The notes under the pieces were generated by a model. It worked only from the letters and a program-made list of their open reading frames with translations. It searched no databases and was not told the origin of the DNA. A DNA stretch of 62,368 nucleotides, the filler included, from Choristocarpus tenellus KU-1152 (Eukaryota; Protista; Phaeophyceae): NCBI GenBank assembly GCA_964200185.2. It is 9 parts of 9 records of this genome, joined end to end, with 100 filler letters (N's around TTAATTAATTAA, not from the genome) between each part and the next. Parts side by side here need not be neighbours in the genome. Positions count along the whole stretch, not along the records: positions 1 to 15,276 come from CAXNAD020001025.1; 8 more parts are not named here. One strand, given 5' to 3'. Numbering within the stretch: position 1 is the first letter of the stretch; each line of letters starts with the position of its first letter. Shown piece after piece: positions 1 to 13,327 of this stretch. The translations under genes were made by a program, and so were the position numbers.

Positions 1-3000
1 CCTTTTGGCAGGGGGGCAGGGGCTGGCAGTCTGGCGAGCAAGGTCTGCAGCAGTGGCAGCAATGCTGGAGGGTGAGGTACATGCATGCGAGGAAATGAAG
101 CGGCAGCAGGGTCAAAAAGCCCTACGGACATGGAAACGGTGGCACCAACAACAGGAAGCATTGCGAAAGCGGGCGGACAACTTCTATCTCAGGCAGTGGC
201 CACTGAAGGCCTGGAGGGCTTCAGTGAGGGAAAGAGTGAAGGCACGAACCTGTGAGGTGTTATTGACTGCACGAGGCATTGCCCGGTGGCGCGATCTGGG
301 GCTAAGGGCTGGAATTTTGGGCTTGGAGCGTGAGGCATGGGAAGCTGGATTGATTGGATTAGTTCAGCGGCGGTGTGGATTTCGTTCATGGCGGCGTTAT
401 GCAAAGGGAAGGGTGGACCGGTATCAGATGTTGGAGACTGCAACTTTGCAGGAGTTGCAGTGGATGGCAAGGAGGGGTCTCGGTGGCCTGAGGGGGAAGG
501 TATGGAGGCAGAGGAAAGGGTGCAGGGTGCTGGAACAGGGTGAGAGGTACCAATATCGGAATACAAAGATACAAGTCATTGAAAGATTGAGGTAAGCATA
601 ATTAGGTGGGTAGGATTCAAGTTGGAACTTTCAGCCATTTTTGCATTGTGATTTGTTTTGCCAGCATGAAACTTTGCTAATTGGAAAGCCCTAAGGTTAA
701 TCTTTTTGATGACTCAAATATGTACATTATTCAATAGAGTACATGTTGTAGTACTATGGCACTATACATGTGACCACTTGCATGATGTGATACATTTGGT
801 AGCGGGCAACAGGTTACTGCACCACCACCTGTACCCCACCCCGCAAATTCAACTCCTAACCCAATCCTTTTAAAACCTCTGTCCTCCACCCCTGAAACTT
901 GCCACTCTTTGCCACACTTGCACTCTGCACCATAAAGGGGTCTCCTAAGGGCCAGGAGGCGTAAGTTTGTCCGAGCAGATACCTTCCACCGGCGTGTCAC
1001 TGCCAAGAACCTCCTCTCCCGCTGGTCAAGGGCAGCACGAATTCGGGTGCAGATGCGACAACTTTGGAGACTAGCAGTGAGTGTGGAGCGAAGACGTGCA
1101 AGGTACCTGGGTATCACAGCCTTGGCGGAGGTGGCTGCTCGAGAGGTTGCCTCTCAAAGGTAACTCTATCTCCAATGATGCAGTGCTCCTAGGTCTGTGT
1201 GTGTGTGCATAGAGCAGGGTGGAGAAAGAGATGGGAGGGCAACTCATTGATGCCTTGCTCCAGACTCTTGAACCAGTAGCTTAAGCACTATCAGAGTATA
1301 GATAGATCCACAATTATGCTTTCACGAGTTATATATAGACATATCATAGGAGGAAGGAGGAGTTGTGCCAGGGGTGTGGGGGAGTAGAGGTGTGAGGCAT
1401 TTCTCCTTATTGTTCACTGGACAAGGTAAACCCATTTTGTTGGAGGGGATATCTTTTCTGCCTCTTAGTGCTAGAGCTGGCAATACTAGCACCTTTACCT
1501 GCTACAATAAAATCCTGCTGGACTTTGGTATTGTCAAGCTCTTTTAGACGAGGGAAATGACTCCTTCAAAATTTCAGCTCTCTATCTCCCTAAGTCATCG
1601 TGCCCTCCTGAAGGCACCTGTTTGGTGTGTGTGGCCCCAGGGAAATATACTCTGTTGTAGGTGCTACAGACCAAGCAGTGTCTACCTAAGTTGCCTACCA
1701 ACACTCAAGCAAGGTTGTTGAGGCTAAACTACCACAAATGCAAGGCGCAGCACCTTTGCGGCCCTTATCTCCGGCAGTTACTTCACCCCTTGTCACTATG
1801 TTAACTTTCCACTATCATAGTACCACAAATCACCCACATATGTATGTTCACCCCCCTCCTCACTCCACTGTCTTATGCCCCCTAATCACCAATCCCCAAT
1901 GGTCAATGATGTTGTGCATACAACATCCTCACAAAATTTCTTGACGGAAAGGCTGTGTGTCTATGTAGGACAGCACTGGGAGCACTTTATGGCTGCAAGG
2001 GCCTTCACCAGCTGGAGGCGTTTTTGCCTGCACAGGGCTGATGCTGAGAAGCTGTCAAAATCAGCCGAGGTGTTGAGAGGTAGAAGCATGCTATCCTCTG
2101 GTTTTCGTGGACTGTTGGAGGCCTGCAGGTGTGTGAGCTGATTGTGTTTGGGATACAGGGGAGGTGATGCTGGCTGAACTCCTTCAAATATCTTTCACTG
2201 TCTACTGTTCTCAAACCTGTTCAAGTTCAAGTCTGGAAAGTATGGAGAGATCACCCCCAAGGATTCCTCTCCCACACATTCATTTATCCTCTCTGCACCT
2301 GACATTTCTTTGTGCGCTTGGTGGGTGCTCCGGAGCCCTCCCATAGACTACACCAGCGGCAGCAATTCACTGAGGAAGCAGCAGTACTCCACTGCTCAAA
2401 CGTGGTTGGAAAGACTTCCCTAAGGAGGTGGAGGGTGGTTGTGGCCTTCAGGCATGACAGGCAAACCAAGACAAGGGCTGCCACATTACACTGGGCCAGA
2501 ACGCTCTTGCGCAAGGTGGAAGGGGGTAGGGGGAAGGCAGGGGAGGAGGGGGGAACTGGCCATTCTCTGTTGCAGTGTCAGGACAGAGGTGTTTCCCTAA
2601 AGTGGAGAATGCTTGAGTGCCTTGCAACTTTTTCTCTAAGTACTTGATATAATTGAAGTATTGGTATTGCTTGGTGGAAAACGTGAATGTGGGGATTGGT
2701 CTGTGGTCATAAGCTACTGCAGGCAAAGCTGTTGAAGAAGCAACAGAGACAATATATCACAAAGTCGGCTACAAACTTATGCTGCTATTTTTGCTTTGGA
2801 GAAGCTCATTGATGAAGTGTGATTCTATTGATGGTTTAATCCACCAGGACGGCCGCCTGTGCCCCTTGGGTCACACTCTAGCAGAAGTTGCTTCCCGAAT
2901 TTTACAGGCGCAAGCACTCTCAGTATGACTTAAGCCAACATTGAGCAGTGGGGATGTGGTACAGAGAGCAACATTTACACGATAAAATCTTGCACTTGTG

Positions 3001-3621
3001 GTTCTTAGTATTTACACTGCTCTATCTGAGTGAAAGTATCTTAGAGGGTACGAATTTTGCTCTGTTTGTCCATTTGGGGCTTGGTTTTCCACAGATTTTT
3101 TTATGACATTTTCCTACTCCGAAATGTTTTGAAGTAAGTGAAATGTGTATGTTATGAAAAGGTGTGTTTGGAACAAGGATATTGATACTTCCTGACAAAC
3201 ACAAGAGCCCAATTTGCATCAAAATCGCAACTTTGGATTTTGGCCCCCAAACGGATGCGGCTCTACCCTCAAAGATACTTTGGCTCATCTTCTAGTCCCA
3301 CAATCTTTTGACATTCATACTATTATTATTATTTACTATGTTTTAGTGTGTCACTCTTTAAATGCGTTTTTGAAAAGTATTCCTCTGCAACATGTAACAC
3401 TCTATGGTCCCCTACCCCGTTCTCCTCCTGCGTACAAATATTTTGCACTTTCATGTCTACGTTTGTTTGTGACACTCAAACAGGTGATGTTCGAGTGGGA
3501 GACAGGGGCAGTGGAGCAGTGGGCAGTGCGGCAGCAAACTGAGGCGGCAGAGCATCATTGGAGTTGTTCGGAGAAGAGGAAAGTGTTGGAAGTCTGGACT
3601 AGAGCAAGGAACATGTTTTAG
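1..3621 (+). CDS. Sfi1-repeat (centrin-binding) centriole/basal-body protein, 3' portion; exons <1-591, 938-1159, 1952-2128, 2347-2515, 3484-3621
   Basis: All four introns are GT-AG and phase-consistent; stop TAG at 3619-3621. The protein is Arg/Trp-rich with recurring Sfi1-type repeats (ADNFYLRQWPLKAWR, ADTFHRRVTAKNLLSRW, HWEHFMAARAFTSWRR, AEHHWSCSEKRKVLEVW). The exon 3 acceptor (1952) is the least certain. Confidence 0.7.
3028..3286 (+). mobile_element. MITE family A, copy 1 (non-autonomous DNA transposon, Sola2-like termini)
   Basis: TIRs GAGTGAAAGTATCTTAGAGGGTA...TACCCTCAAAGATACTTTGGCTC, flanked by 4-bp TSD ATCT/ATCT. Three further copies occur in the window. Confidence 0.9.
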
Positions 3622-5619
3622 CATAAATTTTGGTCCATGAGTAGAGACATAGGCAACTATGGCCCAGGGATGTTGGCAAGGAATTAGCGTGTGCAAGTAG
3701 GACCTATGCAGTAGCTGAGGGGGTAACTTTTGGATGTTACAACTGTCATACCCTACTGTGGCACACACAACTCAAGAATCCTATTACTTCAAACTCTGGA
3801 GGATGCACAAATGTGCAGCAAAATGTTGTACTGTTAAAAGCTGGATTTGGCGCTGGCTTGGTGTGTTGTGTTATGTTGATGATGCCGAACTTGATGCCAC
3901 ATCTATGGTTGCTGAGGTTTGAATTTCAAAACCAACACTGTTGGAGAAACTTATACACAGAAGAAACAAGGTACGTTCAATTTTCCTCACCTTTATATTT
4001 ATTCCAATGTTCGACTAGTTGTTACACTTTGATGCAATTGCGAAAATATTCTGAAGTACGTAAATAATTATAGCGCTGAAGACCAACTCATTCATGAAGG
4101 AGTGTACCTGGGGAAGTCAACAACATAATGCTTCAACCATGTGCAAGCTTATTGAAGGGATTTTGTCAAGTAGCTGGACAGATAATGCAAGAGGTTGAGA
4201 CCGAGAAGGGGAATTGTTCTATTCATCCACCTCGATGATGTGCTGTTGTTATTGGTCATATTGATGCTATCTGTGTAATGTACATAAATCACCCCGACCA
4301 CGTTCCATTTAAATATATGGTGTGGACCATGGTTTGTTTTGTACAAGATGTTACCATGTAACCACAGTTTATACCCTGAGTTTTGTGATACACAGGACTG
4401 GATGGACTGTATGACTTGCTTTGTGCTATTTTGAAACGAATTCATTTTCACCGTACAGTGTGGACTGTATCTTTCCTGTATACACTATATCCCATAATAA
4501 CTTAGATTGGGTCATGCGTTGCCGTGGACCTTGCACCATGGAAATGCATTGGTGTGTCCCACATACCATATACTACATATTATGTTGTCGCATTGTTTCA
4601 GTGACTGGTCACGAAATGGCATTTTGGTACGAGTATCGAGTTGGAAGAGAATTGAATAAAATATGGTGTTCAGCGATTTTAAAAAGTAAAGTAAACGGGA
4701 TACTCTGTGCTGATACGGACATCCCCACTCCTCTGCCAATTCAATTACTGTTGACCGTTTCAAACAGCACAAAACATTGTGGATTGTATCTTTCTGCCTT
4801 GGGCGTCTACATCTAAATGTGTAAGTTGTGTGTTTTCTTTTAACTGGTTTGGTATTCCGAACAACATGTGACGCCTTTTGAGAACGCACACATATTAGTG
4901 AGAAAGTGTGTTGTACTACTAGTAATGAAGTTCCATGTATGGATCACCTTTATACAGTCATGATATCAGGTAGGAAGTTTTGTATCATGTGTACTCACCC
5001 TGTCATAGTAACTAATACAAGTGGTTGGGAGTGCTCAATAATAGTGAAAACCTTTTGTTTCAGAACACACAACAGTAAACACGGGTCCAAAGTGTACATA
5101 ATAATCCAGCACTGTCAAAATAATGACGATGGTGGGCTATATAACAATAATGCAATCACATCTGTCACACTCTCAGCAGCATCAACCTCATGACTTCACC
5201 TCAAATGAAGGGTCACTAAATGTAGTCTTAACATTACAAGTTGAGGGTTCCCAAGACTGAGGTCGAATTGTAACAAGGAAAAGCAGGAAAATATATTAAA
5301 AACAAAACAAATATACCTAAATTAAAACAAAGAAAAGAGAAAAAAAGGAGAAACCTCTTTGTAGCCAAGAAAGATAGTCAAGAAATGCACGACCACCTAC
5401 TACTTAAGATAATACGTCATTTATGTCACCAATATTGCCAGGTCCAATGGAGAAAATGAGAAGAAAAACTGGGAAAATTCAGGGGGACACCGGGTTCATC
5501 CAAATCTGAACACAACTTGTCACATATCACACAAAAGAAGTTGGACACAAGAGTAACCAACCCCCCAAAAGAAAGACACAATGAGAAAAGCAGCATTCAG
5601 CAGGAAGTGGTGAATGTGC

Positions 5620-6060
5620 ATGCACCCTGATCAGCTTGGACTGCTTTATCTGCTGCTTTACCATGGCATACATCAACTGTTGTAGCTTCTAAGGTATGCC
5701 ACTCATCCACAAACCTCTATGTGCTGTCAATCACATACTCGTACCACCCGGACTGGTTTGTTGCCCTTGTACTCCATTCTTCAACTGTGGTCCCAAACTT
5801 CTCAAGGCATTTGCAGGCATATCCACCAGTTCTTCTCCTCTCCACCTTTGTTATGCTTTCTATCTGCAAGCTCCCCAAATATCAACACCTGCGGGAGTCA
5901 CTGGTTCCCCATATGTGCAACTGACCCTGCAAGAATAACTCTCCTTTTTTCCACAATCCTTACGGTGTCACTCTTCCAGAACACTTGGAACTAACCCTAA
6001 CCTAACCCTAACAACTTGGTGTTCAGTTTGAGCTGAAAACATGATGCCTATTTTGGTTGT
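5620..6060 (-). mobile_element. Decayed 3' fragment of an RTE-clade LINE
   Basis: Minus strand reads IVEKRRVILAGSVAHMGNQ*LPQVLIFGELADRKHNKGGEEKNWWICL, then after a frameshift LEKFGTTVEEWSTRATNQSGWYEYV. This matches the RTE post-RT motif RRLxxAGxxxRMxxxRLPxxxxFGEL. Boundaries approximate. Confidence 0.75.
5991..6011. repeat. Interstitial telomeric-type repeat (CCCTAA)n inside the RTE fragment
   Basis: CTAACCCTAACCTAACCCTAA, with ACTTGG close by on both sides. Confidence 0.85.
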
Positions 6061-6817
6061 ATGTTCAAGTCCTGATTATAAAAAAAAATTGTATTTGGAA
6101 TGAAGACACAAAAGAGTAACTATTGGTCCAAGACAATGGTTGACTTCTGCTTTGACTGTTCCGGACATGCCTGCAGTTATTCCAGTTCAGTTAGACAACT
6201 TGAAGACCACCAAAATAAGTGTGCAACAGTGCACACCAAAAGAAGGACCTTGCCTGAAAAAACCCTTGATGAACTGGTTTCCTCTCGCCTCTAATAAAAA
6301 TAATAATGCCAGTTTCAACATGTTTGCTGGGGATGACTAGAGTCACACTTTGAACTACTAGTGTAAGACACCCAAAAATGCGATTTGCACTTGGAAACGT
6401 AAGGGCAGAACAAGTGTCCAAAAAAGAGGAGCAACCTGAAGACACTTTGCAAGGATGAGCATAAGACACAGGCTATGGAGTCTTTGGGTTGGGGAGGGGA
6501 GTATATTTCCACACTCCACCCCTCACACAGCAGGACGCATTAAGTCTTATGTTCGTACAAGAGAGTCCTTTATCCCATTCTGTTTTTTTGTGATGCTCTT
6601 GCTAGTGCATGTACCGACCTACTGAACTATACGGATCTCTACCATACAGTAGTAACAATGGCACGAATGTATGTAGTCCTTTGTAAGCACTACAGACACT
6701 GCAGTAATCGAATCAGATCTGGCCCGTTTATCCCTCTGGTGGTCTCCCAAGTAAAGTTAAAACAATAACCAACCAAGGGTTGTTTCAGGTGAAGTAGGCA
6801 AGAATTCAGCAATCTAA

Positions 6818-9800
6818 TCAGATGCCACCCAAGGGCAGACGTAACTTGCCCCTGGCCTTCTCAACTGCAGCAATGGTACGGCGCAGGATCCTCTTTTCCT
6901 GTCTTCGGTGTTTGACAGCCATGCGTTGAGCCTTTGACAAGGCCCGGAACATGGCAACATCGCTCATGACAATTGAGTCCTGTTCCTCCTGTGCGGCCCC
7001 ATGCATGTGAGACGACAATCAAATGTGTATGTGACATCAATCAAAACACGGAGAAGATCCAGATAAAGCAATAGAGTGGAGTAGGGTAGCGATACACTTA
7101 GGCACAAAATGTGCACGGAGGTCAGATATTCTTTGATATATATATATGCAGCATCGATAGTACACTGTAAGGTTTGATTGGCTATTGGTTGCATGGGCTC
7201 TAGAATGTGATACTGGCAGTAGGAAGTAGCAGGTCTGTCTACAGGCAGGGCAAGGTTGATATGGGATACATCAGGTGGGGTTGGGTAGCTCTGGAAGTGA
7301 TAGGGTAGTATCAGGGGTGCATGGGGCCTGGAGTAGGTTCTGGATCAATACAGCCAAGGAATACTGTAGTGATGTCTTCAAGATATTTTTCTATCATGCA
7401 AGTTACTTTTGTTGTGGAACATAGGTACACTGGTTCTCAGCAAGCTGCAATGGCACATACATGTAACGCAAGGGTACTGGTACTAAGGGTACTAAGGGGA
7501 ACTACCGACTTGTAAGGGTAAGGCTCATGCATCAATACACCAAACACCAAGAAACTACGTACAGAGCACCTCCTCCTCCTCCTTCACCTGTCCACCTTCC
7601 CCATATCCTGGCATTACCTTTACCTCAACCCTGTTTGCTCATCAACCTGCAGCACCTATGATTACTTCAGTACTCTCCAGAACCAGTGCATCTATTATTA
7701 CCACACTAAGCATAGCACAGCATTTAATTTATACATTACACCAACAATGAGATCCCCAATCCTCTTTCACACACTCAGAAATATATAGACACTTGTCAAC
7801 ACTGTCTATAGTGGCATCAATCCTCAACATGACTTTGCCGCATACTGTGTGACCTGTGTTACACCTGAAAACGTTTCGACTGTAACTCATGAATAATGTG
7901 GGCATACTGGTGCTTGCGTTTAAACACACACACACACACACACACACACTAAAGAAAGCCTCACCGTAGTTGGGTACCCTGCAAGTGCCTTCATACACGC
8001 CTCTGTCAAGCCATCCAAAACCATGAGCTCATTGACATCTGTGAGCTTCTTTTCAAACTGGAGATCCTCCAGAGTTCTCCCCTTAAGCTGATCTGGGTTG
8101 AGTTGTACCAACCTCAGGTACTGAAGCAGCTCATCTGGATACCTGAGGGACAGACAGGGAGAGGTGCAAATAATGTGGGAGTGAATGAGTTGGATGGCAA
8201 TGGCAACGTGGATGGTGACCCCAATACTACAAATAGCAAAGTGGTCAGAAAGGTCGTTTGGTGAGATCAGAGCTTTTCACCAGGCTGGCAAATCAAAATG
8301 GTCCCGTCCATTGGCCACACCAGTCCCAAAATCACTCAATATGTCCCGGACCATGTCCACTAGGAGTGGAACCAGTCTATACCTGCCGCTGAACCGGTTC
8401 AAACATTGTCTAACATGTCCGGACCATGCCCACTGGGTATTGTACCGATCTGTGTCTGCTGGCCGGCCAGTCTAAATTTTTTTCTGGCAAGTCTGGACCA
8501 TGTGTCCAGTAAGTGTTGTACTAGTAGTTCAACAGTCGAATTTGTGTGGCCACTCCATACGAACAATGAACAATGTGTACAACATGTTGATGGTTAAGTT
8601 GTACTCCAGTATGTGCATGTATATAGTACTCTTTCAACTCATCTCTGCACTTTCTTGGGTTAAAATCTTGAACAATATACACATATATGCTAGTGAGAAT
8701 GTCAGGAGTCATAAATGCATGGATTTTTTTCTTCAAATTTATACATGTTTACTCTTTGCACATTTGATCCTTCACGACTGAGTGTCAAAATAAATGCTGA
8801 AACCACAAATCACCTCAGCTACCCCAGCACCAAACACACAACGCGTTTATATGCATTTATCGTTTTTGACGGTCAAAAACAGTACAATAGAAAATCATAT
8901 AGAAATAAAAATACATAATATATTTGTACTTTCAGTAGGAGTATACGAGTAGGATGCAAGATAAAAGAAAAAAGATACATGTAGAGTGAAAGTGAATAGG
9001 GAAGCATGATGATGACATGACCAGTCCAAGTGTCCAAAAGACACTAACCGGGCAAAATAGATCAAACATTCTTAACATGGCTGAGTCCATGGCCATCACT
9101 TACTCAACATGACTGGAGTCGCTGGCCAGCCATGTACAACCACGTCTGAATATGACCAAGTCATATGGCTGACAGTGGGCATGCTAACTGCCCGGCATGG
9201 TAAAAACCTCTTGGTGAGGTCACTACAGACATCATAAGAGACAACCATTGGAGTGGTAGGTGTTGGGGAAGAGGACATACAGAATGAAGACAGAACCAAC
9301 AGTGGTGAATTTCATTTTCCCAGCGTAGTGGACTTGGAACTGGCAAGGGACAGTAATGGCGACACATGGCCAACCAGTACTAGTAACATAATAATAATAA
9401 TAATAATAATAAGTGCTGGAAGAGCGAGAAGGTTCCTTCACAGTCTGACTCTTTTGGGAAAAAACTCTTTTGGGAAAAAAATGATTTAAATTTGTCTGAG
9501 AGAGTTGGCGAATTCTATAAGGAGAGAGCCTTCTGGAACACCTTCTGTTCAACTCCTCACAGTTTTATTGTTTACAATGCTCTTGTCCTGTTCTAACCCA
9601 GTTTGAGTGAGATGCGCCTTGAAATGAAGAAAGTAAGGCATGGTGCGAGCACATCAGGGCATTGGCATAGCACCAGAAGATATTGAATCCAACTTGCAAC
9701 AGAAAGAAAGAGAAAAATCCCTTAGCCCATCAAAAAGCTCAATGGCCGGTGTTGCCTTTAACTAGATATGCACCCAAAGGGTATTGAGCAACCCCTTGCA

Positions 9801-12248
9801 TGTTTCCAGTGTGCCCTAACATGCTGGTGAAGCCAATCAATATGCATTTCGGTGTTCAAGCCACTGAGAACCTTGTTCGATCAATGTGCGGCAAAGGAGG
9901 GGTCAGCTCCTTGTGCGGTTTTAGAGCTTTTCGAAACCATTGTACTGTTCTTGGGGTGTGGTACACCAAATTCATCACTTTGTGGCTCGAGATGAAGGTC
10001 TGGCATAGGCAAGAGGTTCATACAAGACGCACCAAGGATTGTAAACCGTGTCGTATCGTATATTGTTTACACAAATCTATTCTATGTCGTATCGTATATT
10101 GTTCAGCCTTTCCAATAGCACATCCACAAATCTATTCTATGCCAATGTTGCTTACTCACAATTTGGCATCTATTCTATGCCAACATGTGGAAATGCAATC
10201 GTGTATCAGAGGGAATCAAAGGAAAATGAACTCAATGGGACTGCTTCTTTGCACTCAGGTGGTGAAGAATAATTTGTGGGAATGGAGGTGTGTGTGTGTA
10301 AATGCGCTTGCTAGGGTGTCAGTCACCCTTGAGATGGACTGTTCCGCAACAGATTCTGCACCATCCTGCATCGTACAGGTTGCAGTTCAATCCCTCGGGG
10401 CATCATTTGGTTGAGTCATCCCACCAACCCATCACCCCCCCTTCCTAAAATGCACTACGCACCCCCCAGCCTTTCTGTGTTCCTTTGTGTGGTTTACCAC
10501 AAGACAGTTAACATACACAGGTACTACCCTGGTACACTTGCCTAAAGCCCATCCAGAATAGAATAATTTGAAACAAAAACGCCCTCTCGGTTCTATTATC
10601 GCTCTTGCTATCAACGGACAGAGTCATCGAGGGATTTTGTTTCTCACCTGTCATAGTACAGAGGGAAGCTCTTGATTTCTGGTTGCCCAGCCTCTTCAAG
10701 GAATGTCCTCTTCAGCTCAAACAACGGGTCCTCCTGATGGCGCATACGTTGTAGGGTTTAGGGAGGGCCTTTCTCAACTAGGAGTTGTGGAAGAATGAAT
10801 CAAACTATATGTCTTACCATCAAAGAAGAAAAAAACTACCAGGGCACTACCACGGGGGCATGAGGGAGGTGGGAATTGCAATATGATATCAGGATAGGCT
10901 CCAGTGACTGTTGGGTCATATGTTAGGGTTAGGGTGTGCAACACGTCCATCAAGTCATCCCTCCTCACACAGCATTCCACTGAGTATCCCAGGGTACATA
11001 TTTAGTGCATGTACTCCAGAATGCATACGGTTCCCCAAGAGCTTCATTGGGTATATGTGAACTATAATACACACCCATGCACTGAACCAATGCTTTCGAA
11101 CACTACAACCAACATCACTCTCTTACCGGTGCTGGTCCCTATTCATAGTTTATATTCATAGTTTATATTCATGTTTTATATTCATAGTTTCAGCGGTTTA
11201 GCGTAAGACAGTGGGCATGGTTACAGAGGAAATGTGACTATCATACTAACAACAGTGCCCTGTTTGTATAAAGTGTGCTGCAACAAATACCCTACAAAAA
11301 ACAATACCTAGCTGCAACAAACTCAGTCTGGACTATATATTCCTAGCAGCCCCAATTGCCACACATCTGTCCCCACCACCATCATGCGAAATGGCTCTCT
11401 CTGACCTTGTCTAGGGCCACAGTCACTTCAACAGAGTTGTACGGGTTTCTGTCCAATGAAAATCCATAGAGCAGGAGCAGGTCTGAGTTTCCCTTGGGTC
11501 CATACGAAATATACACCTGCAGCAGCAGGACAAGGTAGGTGATGGTAGTGAGTGGGTTGGGCAGGTGGACAGAAAACACACTATATATTATATTAGCATA
11601 CTGCTTTGGAGTGGACGTAGTGAAAAGAGGTATCTGATACGTGAAACGACTGTCCCTCAGAAAAAGGCATAGACATGGCAACATACCAAAGTGTAACCAC
11701 ATGGCACACACTAACACACACAAAAAATCCTACAAAAAATATATATATATTAGCAAGTACCATCAAAGAAACACAATCTTCCAGACCTCCTGACTCCATC
11801 ACAACCAAACCAACACAAAAAAAGATAACCGAGCTCCCCACCCCGCCACAGCACTATCTAGGCCCAACCTGAGTCATATTGATATTGTCCACGATAACGA
11901 TAGCATCTAAAAAAAAATGAGGGTGAGGTCATTTGTTTGGTTCAATGTGACACAGAGGTCACCCCAAACTCCAACCTGCTGCTCCTAACAGCGGACACAT
12001 TTAATCTCGTACCGCCTGCTGTTATCAGTAACACTAACCTGTCTTATCAACCTCTTCTTTTCTCACTAACCTGCTCCATCTTCTTGTACCCACGATCCGC
12101 GTAGATGGCAATAACATCTTCCTTTTGGAAGAAGCCAACCTGTTTCGCATCAATATACGAGTTTGCAAAGGGATTGTGATTGAACAGGTCCGCGTACGGT
12201 ACCAGCGCAACTGCCTCTCCAGTACTCAGCCCGGCCAATCGGATCGCC
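6818..12248 (-). CDS. SET-domain protein lysine methyltransferase, Rubisco LSMT/SETD3-like, 3' portion; exons 12248-12071, 11516-11406, 10733-10648, 8142-7965, 6988-6818
   Basis: GT-AG introns in phase. SET motifs (R)AIRL...LVPYADLFNH and EQVYISYGPKGNSDLLLLYGF, then a Rubisco-substrate-binding-type C-terminal region (LLQYLRL...YPTTEEQD...RMAVKHRRQEKRIL). TGA at 6818-6820. 5' exons were not found in this contig. Confidence 0.92.
7924..7949. repeat. (AC)n microsatellite
   Basis: About 13 AC units near the 5' end of an intron of the SET gene. Confidence 0.9.
9075..9195 (+). repeat. Dispersed repeat C (copy 1), shared with 34010-34225
   Basis: AACATGGCTGAGTCCATGGCCATCACTTACTCAAC...TGGCCAGCCATGTACAACC...GAATATGACCAAGTC...CAGTGGGCATGCTAACTGC recurs on another contig. 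Confidence 0.75.
10048..10183. repeat. Imperfect short tandem duplication
   Basis: TGTCGTATCGTATATTGTT x2 and ATCTATTCTATG x3. Confidence 0.7.
11141..11190. repeat. 13-bp minisatellite (ATTCATAGTTTAT) x~4
   Basis: Directly visible tandem units. Confidence 0.8.
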
Positions 12249-13327
12249 CTGCAGTGTCGAATGCAACCAATCAAGTGGAATATGTCAGCATGCGTCTCAG
12301 TTCACACCGCCAGAGGGAGGAGATACCCTTAACAATGGCAGTGGGTTTCAAAATGTATGGGTGTTGGTAGTAGTGAAAGCTTCTTTTGTCTTGATACAGC
12401 TGCCTTTTTGTTGAAGCTCAAATGGTTTCGTGATGCCAACAATGTAAAGACTAAATGCATGTCATGCTGGAACAACAAAATTGGTTACATATTGGTTACA
12501 TTTTTTCTGGCATTCTTACACCTCCCATAGTTTCTACTGCAGGCACAGGATCTGGGCACTTGTTTGGTGCAATCCACAACCTGGTCCTGCTCTGGCCTCA
12601 CATTTGATCCCAGAACTGGTACCATGGGCACTACCATTGTTCAGGAACAGGACTCTAAGTCAATTGCATGCAAAGAACACATGAACCATGTACAGTACAG
12701 TCAATCAAGCACAAAACATGTGGGCCTCCAACATAAGCTTTTTGGTGAACAATGATTGACCTACCACACACAGTACCTTATGTGTACCACCCAAATCCAC
12801 GCACTCGTTGTCTGGCATAACAAACTAAAGACATGCAAATATTGGCATCAATAATGCAAGTGCAGCCCACCTGTACAATACTAATTTGACATCTTTACCA
12901 ATACGGATCAAATGGAAAAACGTTTTAATACATAACAAACACACACACATATTAGGATACTATACCAAAAAAACAGTCTCTCTCATGTCAGCAAACTACA
13001 ATAGCATCCCACTCATCGTATCGTAGGAAACACTGTACTATGAATACTATATCATGCAAGATAACAGACACTAAATTTGCCTCAAAAAAGTGATAAGTGT
13101 CTGCAAAATTCCCCTCAACCCCAAACTGCAACTCTTATAAATATATCAAAACTGTCTGTGCCTATGCCGACTGCACTGTGTGCCATCAGTGCCCAAAAAA
13201 GAGCCTAACATACTGGGGTGGACACCAAAGGAAACACCTTCCAATAGCTACAAAGATTTTTTTAAATATTGTGTTACCATGCTACTTCGGTACACAAACA
13301 AAATAAATATATAAATTTATATATATA

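Noticed and set aside
4149-4451. ORF with RWMNRTI resembling the copia integrase ERMNRT motif
   Set aside because: Single weak motif; insufficient.
9800-10414. 204-aa ORF and most other ORF-track entries
   Set aside because: Intronic or antisense, crossing tandem repeats or microsatellites, with no protein-like features; consistent with chance ORFs.
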